Source of the DNA: Chiloscyllium plagiosum
Taxonomy: Eukaryota
Direction of reading: 5' to 3'
Length of the DNA: 64,000 nt
NCBI RefSeq assembly: GCF_004010195.1
Contig: NC_057719.1
Location: forward strand, 71,676,800-71,740,799
Shown here: piece by piece, positions 1-11,157 of the stretch
Layout of the letters: each line of letters begins with the position of its first letter
Position numbering within the stretch: position 1 is the stretch's first letter
The notes under the pieces: generated by a model
The model's input: the letters and a program-made list of their open reading frames with translations, nothing else
The model's database searches: none
Told to the model about the DNA's origin: nothing
Program-made: the position numbers and the translations under genes

Positions 1-751
1 TGAGGGGGGTGTAACTGAACTATACCAACTGCAGGGGTCAAAGCCGGTGGCAGGACAGGTGACAAATGAGGAAGGCTTCTGTACAACTGGCTCCTTCCAG
101 GATCCATGGGGAATCCTGTGTGGAGTCTCTGAGCTATCCACTCACAGGACAGTAACCATTTGTGTGAGCTCCCACTGACTTGTTGGGATTCCTCCTCCAT
201 GTGCTGCAGCCTGGTCACAGAGCTGATTTCCCCCAGGCGTGGGGTGCCATTGACTATACGCGCGTGGTACTGAGAGGGGATATATCACACTGCCGCAGAA
301 TTCATCAACAGCAAGAAATTCCATTACATCAATGTGCCCCAGTGATCTGTGAGCATCAGTTCCACACTGGGAGGTTGGTGCCTGGTACCCTGTTTCATTT
401 GTGAGACCAACTGCTTTAAAAGACTGCTTACAGTAGGGACGAGTGTTACCCAGTGTGACACAGTGACCATAGCTGATGAGAACCCCCTGCCTGAGGCAGA
501 GCTGAGCTATATCATCACCCATTCTTCAACCAGAGCCTTGGTTTAGCAGACAATAGGACTCCTGGAGATACATTTCCACTGCTTGGGCTAGTCTAGTAAG
601 ACCTTGCAATATACTCAGGACAGAATGTGTTTTATCACCCTAGAACACTGCAGCAGGCAACAAGGAAACGTGATGGATGCTAAGGAACTGGAGAGAATGG
701 GAACCGTCTTCCCAGGAGCAAAGTGAGGACATTGATGAGTAGAAACCTCAC

Positions 752-1000
752 CTTGCGTATGACAGACCTTAGCTGCATTGGGAGCTCTGAGTCAGACAGG
801 ACGTACTTGACACCCGATACCAGCAGATAAGACAATCCCTGACTGTAAAATAGTTGCTGGTCAACATGTAAGTGACTCGTTTGTATGCAGCAAGCAAAGT
901 GCAGCTTCTGTTTCTTTTCTTTCTAATCACTTTTAGAGTTTGCAAACACAGGATAATCTTTGAATTTGCTTGACGGCTTCCCTGTATGTGACGGTCTCTC
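752..1000 (-). pseudogene. Possible decayed Myb/SANT-like ORF of a Harbinger-type transposon
   Basis: Minus-strand translation LQTLKVIRKKR...CWYRVSSTSCLTQSSQCS followed by a CAAG|GTGAG donor loosely follows the W..V...S...R...QC..K pattern of Harbinger Myb/SANT proteins; weak. Confidence 0.25.
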
Positions 1001-1120
1001 GCTGAACAACAAGAAGATGCAAGGGTACAGTGGGCAAAGAATTGCAGTAACACAGAGAAGGCAGTAAGGTAGAATGTGGGTAAGGGCAGGTACAGTGGCA
1101 GTTAAACAGTAACTGAGATA

Positions 1121-2185
1121 ACTGGCATTGAAAACCAACACCTGAATTACATGACTATTTTAATCTTGATGCACATCTGGCAGCACAACAAAAGTGGCAG
1201 AAGAAGTGCACTATTAGTCAGAGTGAGCCATTCTGAGAAATGAACCTGTTTCCATTGAAGAGAGGGTACAAATTCAGGTCAAAGGATCAAGGATAAAGGG
1301 TTTACAAGCAGTTTATTCATCTTGGAATGCTATCGTGATCGGATAGTATGTGGGATTGTATGTGTGAGAAGTGCTAGCCAGACCACCTTTGTGCCATGAG
1401 AAGCATGTGTTTATGACTACTGTGTAATTACATTGATGGTGAAAGGCAACCTTGGACTGCCAATGCTTGTCCAGATTTTCGGCCGGGGTAATAAGATGGC
1501 GCTGACGCCAAGAATGTCAGTCTATTCTGACATAGCAAAGCACGAACAGGTTCTTCCAGTGAGTGTGAGCTGAATGCGTGAGAAAACTCTCCAGGCCTCA
1601 CGGACAGAAATCTTCCACAAAATCCGATAAAATTGACCCTGAGCCAAAGAATTGTAAGATTCAGCACATGGTCTTCCATACAGTATTTCGTTGCATTTTA
1701 TTTATGAAATGCATTGTTTAAAGTTAGGCAACCTGAGCAAATTAGTGCAATTCAACTCTACTACAGAAGACGTTATAAACACTACACTGCTAAATAAAAC
1801 ATACTACATATCAAATAAATGGCCAGAACCACTTGATTGGTTAAAGACTTGACAGCCTGATGAATACCACACAATGACTGAGTAATGAAAGCTGTTCAAG
1901 AACGTAACATTCAATCCATTAAGCATGAGGCCTCCAATAGCAATGTGTAATTGGTTCTACCCGATGATGATAGCATTCCAAGATGAATAAATTGCTTGTA
2001 AACTCATTATCCTTGATCCTTTGACCTGAATTTGTACCCTCTCTTCAAAGGAAACCGGTTCATTTCTCAGAATGGCTCACTCTGACTAATAGTGCACTTC
2101 TTCTGCCACTTTTGTTGTGCTACCAGATGTGCATCAAGATGAAAATAGTCATGTAATTCAGGTGGTGTTGATCTTCAATGCCAGT
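1121..2185. repeat. Long inverted repeat: arms 1121-1346 and 1957-2185, spacer about 610 bp
   Basis: actggcattg...gaattacatgactatttt...cttggaatgctatc is reverse-complemented at 1957-2185 with few mismatches. Confidence 0.95.
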
Positions 2186-3744
2186 GCAATAAAGCTTTGT
2201 GCTGCAGTCCCTTTTGAGATCCAAGTCCATCAAACCTGTGGCATAGCTTCAATCAGAGCAAATTTTAGAAGTGTACAGGCAGTCCATTGTCTAATGAGGC
2301 ATTTTTAAAACTCCACTTGGAATAATTTCAGTATTGAGAGAACAGACACATCACAATAATATCAGTCCAAGCAGTAATCCTTAATGTGTGACCTTGTTGT
2401 TACCTGGGAGATGTGAGACTACCAGTAAAAACGCAATCTGTAGACTGAACATCAAACTCTTAATATGGATCTGAGACCAATTATACCGAAAGGCCTTATG
2501 ACCCAGACTTATCCTGTTTCATCCCAGAAATGCAGCCTTGAATTTGGTAGATTTCCTCAGGGCTTCTCCCACTATAGCATTGTAACTTCAGTGGAGGTTC
2601 AAAATCATAATGCTCGAGTGTCATGAGTGACTTCCCATTGACCATCATCCGATATTGCAAATGTAACCTTAGTAATAAGTTACACACAGGGAGGGTTTAA
2701 AAAAAAATCCCTGTTTTTAATTATCTTATTCATCATTGTATTTATTCCTGGCTGAAGAAACCCAATTATTTTCCAATGTTCTTTTAAATACTCACTTTGA
2801 AAAGGCTTCTGAAATAGCATGTTGGTATTTCTGGAAAGTAAAAGTACTATTGGGAGCATTGCTCTCTTAACCTGTCTTCACTGTGTTATCTAATGAATAG
2901 ATATAGGTTCTCTCCTGATACATCTGCATTGCCTTGTCAATGTCAGATACTAACATCCTGCTAGATAAAACTAAAACTTCCACTAGTTATCACCACTGCC
3001 GAAACGTCACAACTGAACAAAGCATAGCTTTCTTGACTTTAATAACATTGCCATCCTAATTATAATTTGCACTGAATCCATACTAAATATTGATTGTACA
3101 TTTTCAATCAAGAAAATATAGTTTTACTTTACCTAACAAGGAATTAAACTAAATTAACCTGCTGCTTTGGTAAAAAAGATATGACTTTAGTTTCAGTTTG
3201 AGCAAATTGACTAATATATTCTGCAGTGTACCACAGCATGCTGTCTTTTATTTAGCAGAGGATATCAGTCCACTAATAAATATCTTGGAATCCTCAGGAA
3301 TGGTCATCTGTGTGATATTTATGTATCTCAGGCCATACGTTTGAGATGCAGAGTAGGTGATTAGATATTAATAATACCTGTATAAATTACAAGAAAAAAG
3401 TCATTAAACTGGTGGCTTAAATAATTAAAAGCATGCAGAGAACTGTGTAAAAGTTTAATGAAGAATGACAGTAAGGAGGTCCATAATGCAATTATTTTAT
3501 CTAGTTGAAAAATGCAGATGTTTAAGATTATGCATTAAAATGCAACAAAATCTATTTCACTCTCAAAAATCCTCGAGAACTAAGACAGTTCATTCTCCAC
3601 TATTGATAGGAGCTAAGGATTGTGGACAGATGTCACTTTGTGCCTTCCCTGTCCAGAGTCATTTCACAACAAAAAATGAAACAAAAGGGTTTCACAGACA
3701 CAACCGACATCCAATCCAAATACAAGGCAATGAGTGGTGGTCGG

Positions 3745-4410
3745 CTCGGTTTGCTGGATGGCTAGTTTGCAATGCAAGGTGATACCAACAGTGTGAGTTC
3801 AATTCCTGCACTGGCTGAGACTCTCTTAAGTATCTTTCAATAGCTCTTGTTGCACAGTGGTAGTGTCCCTACCTTTGAGTCAGGAGGCCTAGGTTCAAGT
3901 CCCACCTGTTCCTGAGATTCATCTGAACAGGATGAGTAAAAGTATTACACACCTTCTCTGCCCCTCTAAGGGAATCAAACCCTATCATCTCTAATCTCCC
4001 ATAGAAAGTGTCCAAATACTATTTTAGGGATCTTGAGGCACAGTGGTAGTCTCCCTACTTCTGATGCAGAAGCCCAGGTTCAAGTTGCACCTGTTCTAGA
4101 GCTGTGTCAGTTAAACATATCATCCAAATAATATTCACTTGCCTCTCACAAGGTTGCAGGTTCAAGTTCACTCCAGAGCTGGAGCGCAAAAATTGAGGCT
4201 AACATTCCAGTACAGTACTGAGGAGCATTGCAGTATCACCTTTCAGATGTGACATTAAACTAAAGCTCTGTGCCTGCTCTGGAAAATGTTAAATAAAAGA
4301 CTAATACTATTTAAGGTGCTCTCATGGCATGGCGGTACTGTCCATATCTCTGAACCAAGCTCAAGTCTCACCTACTCTAGCATGTATCATGACATCTATG
4401 AACAGCTTGC
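3745..4410 (+). mobile_element. Cluster of decayed tRNA-derived SINE heads, including a Deu-domain (SacSINE1-like) fragment at about 4140-4290
   Basis: Repeated A-box/B-box-like motifs (gcacagtggtag...ggttcaagtccc) near 3850, 4040, 4160 and 4325; cagtacagtactgaggagcattgca...tttcagatgtgacattaaac resembles the Deu domain. Confidence 0.7.
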
Positions 4411-4480
4411 TTAGAAAATTTTCAAAGACTATTCGGTATATTATCTGTAGAATTTTAAAATAAGTGGTTCGGGGGGATCT

Positions 4481-4491
4481 AAGATGGCGGC
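4481..4491 (+). promoter_or_regulatory. YY1-type motif in the L1 5' UTR
   Basis: aagatggcggc about 10 nt after the ggggggat start, as in the mammalian L1 internal promoter. Confidence 0.6.
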
Positions 4492-4655
4492 GATCTGAGA
4501 AGATCACACTGCAGAGCTTCGCATCGCAACAGGAGCAGGATGGTCCTTTAACCCGCCCAACCCAGGTCATCAGTATTTCTTGGGGCGTTGGACAGATTGT
4601 GGAGCCCCAAAAAACATTTAAAAATTGACTTACCTGTATTTTCAGCTGACCAGAA

Positions 4656-5462
4656 ATGCCTAACAAGGGTGGGGGAGTATTCGAGGCCGGGTCTGCAGCT
4701 CAGCCTGCAACAGCCTCGGAGCCAATTACTCTCCAGGACCTGATGAACCAACTCTTGAAATCTCGCGAGATGTTGGGGAAACAGATTGAAGAGAAGCTGG
4801 TTCCAGTCTCTCTCATGCTGCAGAAGCATGAGCAGCAGCTGGGAGACCTGGAGAAGAGGACGGATGAGGTGGAGCACAGGGTCACAGTGGTGGAAGCTGA
4901 TGCCAGTTCATTCAAGGATGAGATCCAAGCCCTGAAGACGCAGGTTTGTAATTTGCGTGACCAAATGGATGATCTTGAAAACAGGGGCAGAAGGAAAAAC
5001 ATTTGATCATCGGTCTCCCTGAAGGTAAGGAAGGTGAGTGGCCTGCGGAATTTGTTGAAGATTGGCTTCCTTGACTTGGAGGCTGGCATGAGAGGATTGA
5101 AGTTAGAGAGGCCTCACCAGGTCGCAGCGCAGAGGTCAGATCTGGGTCAATGCCCTCGTCCTTTCCTGGTGCGGTTCCATCATTACCGGGATAACGAGAG
5201 AGTCATGGAGGCTTCCATACTCCAGGGGAAGGATCCAAAGGCCTAATTTACAAGGGGGTCTAAGATCATGTTTTTTCAGGACTTTTCAGCAGCGGTGATC
5301 CAGAAACTAAAATTGTATGATTGCGTCAAGAGAAGACTGAAGGAGCTTGGGATTCAGTACTCCCTGAGATATCCGGCAGTGCTTCGGATCACCTTAGATG
5401 GATCCATGCATCGCTTTGACACATCGGAGAAGGCAAGAGACTTTGTGGACAAACTAACCTAA
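4656..5462 (+). pseudogene. L1 ORF1p (coiled coil, RRM, CTD), disrupted
   Basis: DDLENRGRRKNI, LVRFHHYRD, FFQDFS, YSLRYPAVLRI motifs split over three ORFs. Confidence 0.92.
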
Positions 5463-7320
5463 TTTAAACAATTGTAGTATGTATAAATATTGTTGCTTGG
5501 GTATGCGTTTATCATTCTGTAAAAGAAATGGAGGAAACCCGGTTGGAGCTTTGTTTTTTTCCCCCCTTTTTTTCCTCTATTGATAATAATTTGGTTCAAA
5601 CTACGTCTGGCAGTGGTTAAGATGTACATTTTAAATTTCTAAGTTAGGACATACCAAAGGTTTTGTGGGGTATTTATTCCCCTTTTATTTTATAAAAGAA
5701 TGTTTTTTTATTCATATTGATATTCTTTGGGGTGTTTATTCTTTTTAGCTTGTGCTTGCGATGCGGCTCTAGCTGGGAGAAGTGAAGGTGGTGGAGATGG
5801 TTAGATGCCTATTTATGGGCAGTTCGGGATAGGTAGTTGCCCCCTCTGGGCAGGGGGTGAGTTCCTCTACTCAGCGCTATTGACGCTTTATATGTTGGTT
5901 TGTTTTCTGGTTTTTGTTGTTTTTTATTTTTAATAATTTTGTATGTTTGTTAAATGTAGTGGTTTTAGTTTATGTAGTTTTTATATTTGGTGGGCCATGT
6001 GACACTAAGGCTCAGCAATTTGTGGTTCGGGTTCCTCCTTTCTGGAGCTTAAATGTAATTGCAGAAGATCATGGCTAATGATTTGATTAAATGGTGTACC
6101 TGGAATATCAAGGGAAGTCATTCACTAATTAAGAGGAAGAAGGTACTCTTGAGTCTTAGAAAGAAGGTGGATATTGTTTTGTTCCAGGAGACACACTTGG
6201 ATGACAAGGAGCATCTGAAATTACAGCAGAATGGCTTTGACCGAATTTATTTTTCATTTAATACCAGAAGTAGGGGAGTGGCTATATTGGTTAGGAAAAA
6301 TCTCTCATTTAAATTGTTGGAATGTGTTAAAGACACATATGGGAGGTTTGTAATTCTTAAAGCCTTGATAAATGGGGAAGAATATGGTATTTTAAATGTT
6401 TATTGTCCCCCAGCTCATCCTCTTATATTCTTGGTAGATGCTTTTTCTAAACTGATAATTCTCAGGTCTCGGCACATCATTTATAGGGGGAGATTTTAAC
6501 TGCCTCTTGGACCCCACAGTAGACAGGTTGCCTAAAGGTCCCTTGATACCCTCTGCACAAACTAAACAGTTATTGGGTTTGTGTGGGGAATTAGGGTTGG
6601 TGGACGTCTGGAGGTGTCTCCACCCTACAACTAGGGAATTCACGTTTTTCTCCAATCCGCATAGATGTCACCCTGAATCTGGTGGCATCCTGTAGGATTG
6701 GTAATATTGCCTTCTCTGATCATGCTCCAATGTACCTTATGGTTAAGATTAAGGATGTTACAGTGGATTCAAGGTACTGGCGAATGGACCCCTTTATTCT
6801 CATGGGCAGTACGTTTGTGGAGTATTTCTCGAGGGAATTTCGGGCATTCCTCGACATCAACATAGGCTCGGTTGATAGCTCATCTGTTGTCCAGGAAACT
6901 GCCAAAGCTTATGCCAGGGGATTAGTTATTTCATATTCCAACAGTAGAAACCGGCAGAAGGGTGAGCAGCAACGTCTCCTGGAAGCATGGTTGAAGGCAG
7001 CCGAGAAGGCCTATTTTGACCTACCCTCATTGGTCAAACTGCAGAGGATTACGGCATTGTGGTCTGCACTAAATTCCATGCTCATGCAGATGGCAAAGAA
7101 GGAGCTGGCTTTCGCAAAGCAAAGGTTATACGATCATGGTGACAAGCCAGGCAAAAACTTAGCATACCTTGCCAGAAAGCGAAGTGCCCCACAAACCATT
7201 ACAGCGATTAGGGAAGGGTTTGGGAACCTAATGTGATTCTAAAAAGATTAATGTGGCGTTCCAGAGATTCTACTCTAAGTTATATCAGTCCAACAATTGT
7301 GAGGAGGGGCAGGCCAAAAT

Positions 7321-7948
7321 AGATAGAACACAGAGAAGTACACCACAGAACAGGCCCTTTGGCCCACGATGTTGTGCCGAGGTTTCATCCTAATGTAAAA
7401 TATAGTAACTTAACCTACGCACCCCTCAACTCACTGCTATCCATGTGCATGTCCAGCAGTCGCTTAAATATCCCCAATGACTCTGCTTCCACCACCACCG
7501 CTGACAACGCATTCCATGCATTCACTACTCTCTGCATAAAGAACCTACCTCTGACGTCTCCTCTATACCTTTCCCCTAATATCTTAAAACTCTGACCCCT
7601 CGTACCAGTCAATCTTGCCCTGGGGAAAAGTCTCTGGCTATTGACTCTATTTATTCCTCTCATTATTTTGTACACCTTGATCAGGTCACCTCTCTGCCTC
7701 CTTCTGTCCAGAGAGAAAAGTCCGAGCTTATTCAACCTTTCTTCATAAGGCAAGCCTTCCAGTCCAGGCAGCATCCTGGTAAACCTTCTTTGCACCTCTC
7801 CAAAGCCTCTGTATCTTTCCTATAGTAGGGCAACCAGAACTGGACACAATATTCTAAGTGTGGTCTCATCAGGGACTTATAGAGCTGTAGCAAAACCTTG
7901 CGGCTCTTAAACTTGATCCCCTGTTAATGAAAGCCAAAACACCATATG
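7321..7948 (-). mobile_element. CR1 LINE 3' fragment nested in L1 ORF2
   Basis: QRRFTRMLPGLEGLPYEERL...RVVNAWNAL; L1 frame GQAKM|ESFFQ is broken at 7321 and resumes at about 8174. Confidence 0.93.
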
Positions 7949-10359
7949 GAGTACATGTGGCTGGTGTCCTGAGATGTTGGTTTCTGGTGTCTAACATGGA
8001 GGCCGTTTGGAGCAAGTGCTGAGCTGAAGTCGCCAGGATACCGCTCTGATTTTCATGTTCCATGGCGCATTTGGTAAGACGAGAAGCTAAATGTTGATGA
8101 AGTGTTTAACAAGTGATAGTCTCCCTTAACTGGCAACTCACAGCTGCCTGATGATATATTTGCTTCACTGTTTGGAATCCTTTTTTCAAGATCTGAAGCT
8201 CCCGGGTGTGACTCCCGAATAACAGCCCTTTTTCAATGCCCCATTATCAGAGCAAGAAGTGCAGGAAGCTGTGAGACAGCTTCAAAATGGAAAAGCGCCC
8301 GGTCCTGACGGACTTCCCAGTGAATTCTATAAGGAATTTATAAGTATACCGTCAGGCCCGATGCACAATATGTTTAATAATTCATACAGTCATGTTTGTC
8401 TCCCACCATCTCTGAGAGAGGCCAATATTTCACTCATCCTTAAAAAAGGGAAGGATCCAGAAGACTGTGCTTCATACAGGCCCATCTTGCTCTTAAATGT
8501 GGACTTTAAGTTCCTCTCTAAGGCTCTCGCGTTAAGGCTGGAGACTGTGTTACCCTCTATTATTAAAGAGGATTAGACGGGCTTCATAAGGGTCGCAGAT
8601 CCTCCAATAACATTAGGAGGCTGCTTAAAGTAATTCAAGAGTGCCAACAGCAGTCAATACAGGGATTGGTGATTTCTTTAGATGCAGAGAAGGCATTTGA
8701 CGGACCTTTGAGTGGCCGTACCTTTTCTATACACTAGACCGGTTTGGTCTGGACGAAGTTTTCATAAGATGGGTAAAGGTTCTCTACAGTGTACCTCTCG
8801 CGGCGGTCATTAAAAACTGGGTACGATCAATGCAATTTTAATATTTCTAGGCGCAGCCAGCAGGGCTGTCCCCTTTCACCATTACTTTTTATGTTGGTGA
8901 TTGAACCGTTGGCAGAGGCCATTCGTGGGGATCTCAATATATCAGCTCCAGAAGTGGGGTCAAAATTACATAAGATCTCGATGTTCTAATTTTCTTGACA
9001 AATCCAGCAGTCTCAGTGCCTTGCCTGATACAAAGCGTTCACGCGTTTGGCGCTTTTTCAGGGTATAAGATTAATTTTGCTAAATCAGAGGCTATGCCTA
9101 TGGGTGGTCTTACAAAAGAATTGGCTCTTGAGAGTGACTATAGATTCCCAGTTAGGTGGTCACAGGGGGGTTTTGTGCATTTAGGCATATTCATTACTCC
9201 AGTTCTGGATTGGCTGCTCAAAGCCAATTTTACTCAATTATTTGAAAAAAATTAAACAAGATCTCCAAAGATGGGAGGCATTTCCAGTCTCATGGTTGGG
9301 TCGGATAGCGCTTATGAAGATGAATATTCTCCTTCGTTTGCTATACCCTATGCAGATGCTCCCCCTGATTTTCAATAAACAAACACTCAGGAGACTGAAC
9401 GGTTGGTTCAGCTCCTTTATCTGGCACCGTAAACGGCCCCTCATTAAATTAGCCAAACTGCAGTTGCCTCACAGATTGGGGGGAGTAGACCTTCCGGACA
9501 TTAAAAATTACCAATTAAGCTCACTTTTAACCTACGTAAGTGATTGGGTTTGTGGGGACCCTCTTTCAATATGGCTAGATATCAAAGCCTCCCAAGCAAG
9601 GTGCCCCCTTACCAGTTTGCTGTTTTTGGACAAGGGGAGGACAGTTAGGGAATATTGCCATAACCCAATGGTCATCAATACTGTTAAAGCATGGAGGGCA
9701 ATTCGGCAGAGGGAAAGTAATACTGGCAAAACATCTTTGTTTACACCTTTATTGGGTAATGCCAGGTTTTCAACCGGGTATGATAGATTCAGGACTTAAA
9801 CGTTGGGCAGCAAGTATATCTTGCATGGGTGATTTATTTGAGGGAGATGTAATGATGTCCTTCGATCAGTTAGTACGGAAGTACGAGTTACCTAATAGAG
9901 ACCTTTTTCGGTTTTTTTCAAGTTAGGGATTTTATTCAAAAAAAGACGACACTTTTGACTGATCCCTACAAATCTGACATAGAAAGAGGGGTACTAAGGG
10001 CTAGGGGCTAAGAGTACACTCTCTGTCAGTACTTTATATCACCAATTGGGGGATGCCACCTCAGATGAGTCTGATCGACTCTGCAAGATGTGTGAAAGAG
10101 AACTGTGTTGAAGTTTCTTCAGAGGCATGGAAGGATATTTGGGACAATGCAAGGAAGACATCAATTTGCAATAGGACCCATGCTTTACAGTTGAAGATTC
10201 TCCACAGGGTCCACTTAGCCCCAGACCGTTTGTCAGAATTTAAACCAGGGGTCTCTTCAGCATGTAGGAGAAAGTGAGGACTGCAGATGCTGGAGTACCA
10301 GAGTTGAAAAATGTGGTGCTGGAAAACACAGCAGGCCAGGCAGCATCCGAGGAGCAAGA

Positions 10360-10398
10360 GAATCGACGTTTTGGGCATAAGCCCTTCTTCAGGAATGA
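10360..10398 (-). ncRNA. Degenerate hammerhead ribozyme core in PLE terminus
   Basis: Minus strand CTGAAGA-a-gggc-ttat-gccc-AAAA-cgtc (GAAA mutated to AAAA). Confidence 0.65.
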
Positions 10399-10585
10399 GG
10401 TGGTGTGCCAAGCGGGCTGAGATAAAAGGTAGGGAGGAGGGAATTTGGGGGAGGGGCGCTGGGAATACGATAGGTGGAAGGAGGTGAGGGCGAGGGTGAT
10501 AGGCCAGAGAGGGGGGTGGGGGCGGAGAGGTCGGGAAGAAGATTGCAGATCAAGAAGGCGGTGCTGAGTCTGAGGGTTGGGAGTG

Positions 10586-11157
10586 NNNNNNNNNNNNNNN
10601 NNNNNNNNNNNNNNNNNNNNNNNNNNNNNNNNNNNNNNNNNNNNNNNNNNNNNNNNNNNNNNNNNNNNNNNNNNNNNNNNNNNNNNNNNNNNNNNNNNNN
10701 NNNNNNNNNNNNNNNNNNNNNNNNNNNNNNNNNNNNNNNNNNNNNNNNNNNNNNNNNNNNNNNNNNNNNNNNNNNNNNNNNNNNNNNNNNNNNNNNNNNN
10801 NNNNNNNNNNNNNNNNNNNNNNNNNNNNNNNNNNNNNNNNNNNNNNNNNNNNNNNNNNNNNNNNNNNNNNNNNNNNNNNNNNNNNNNNNNNNNNNNNNNN
10901 NNNNNNNNNNNNNNNNNNNNNNNNNNNNNNNNNNNNNNNNNNNNNNNNNNNNNNNNNNNNNNNNNNNNNNNNNNNNNNNNNNNNNNNNNNNNNNNNNNNN
11001 NNNNNNNNNNNNNNNNNNNNNNNNNNNNNNNNNNNNNNNNNNNNNNNNNNNNNNNNNNNNNNNNNNNNNNNNNNNNNNNNNNNNNNNNNNNNNNNNNNNN
11101 NNNNNNNNNNNNNNNNNNNNNNNNNNNNNNNNNNNNNNNNNNNNNNNNNNNNNNNNN
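10586..11157. other. Assembly gap (N run)
   Basis: 572 N. Confidence 1.

Noticed and set aside
2404..2687. Candidate minus-strand exon (LHLQYRMMVNGK...)
   Set aside because: No frame is open between the candidate acceptor and donor; peptide unrecognised
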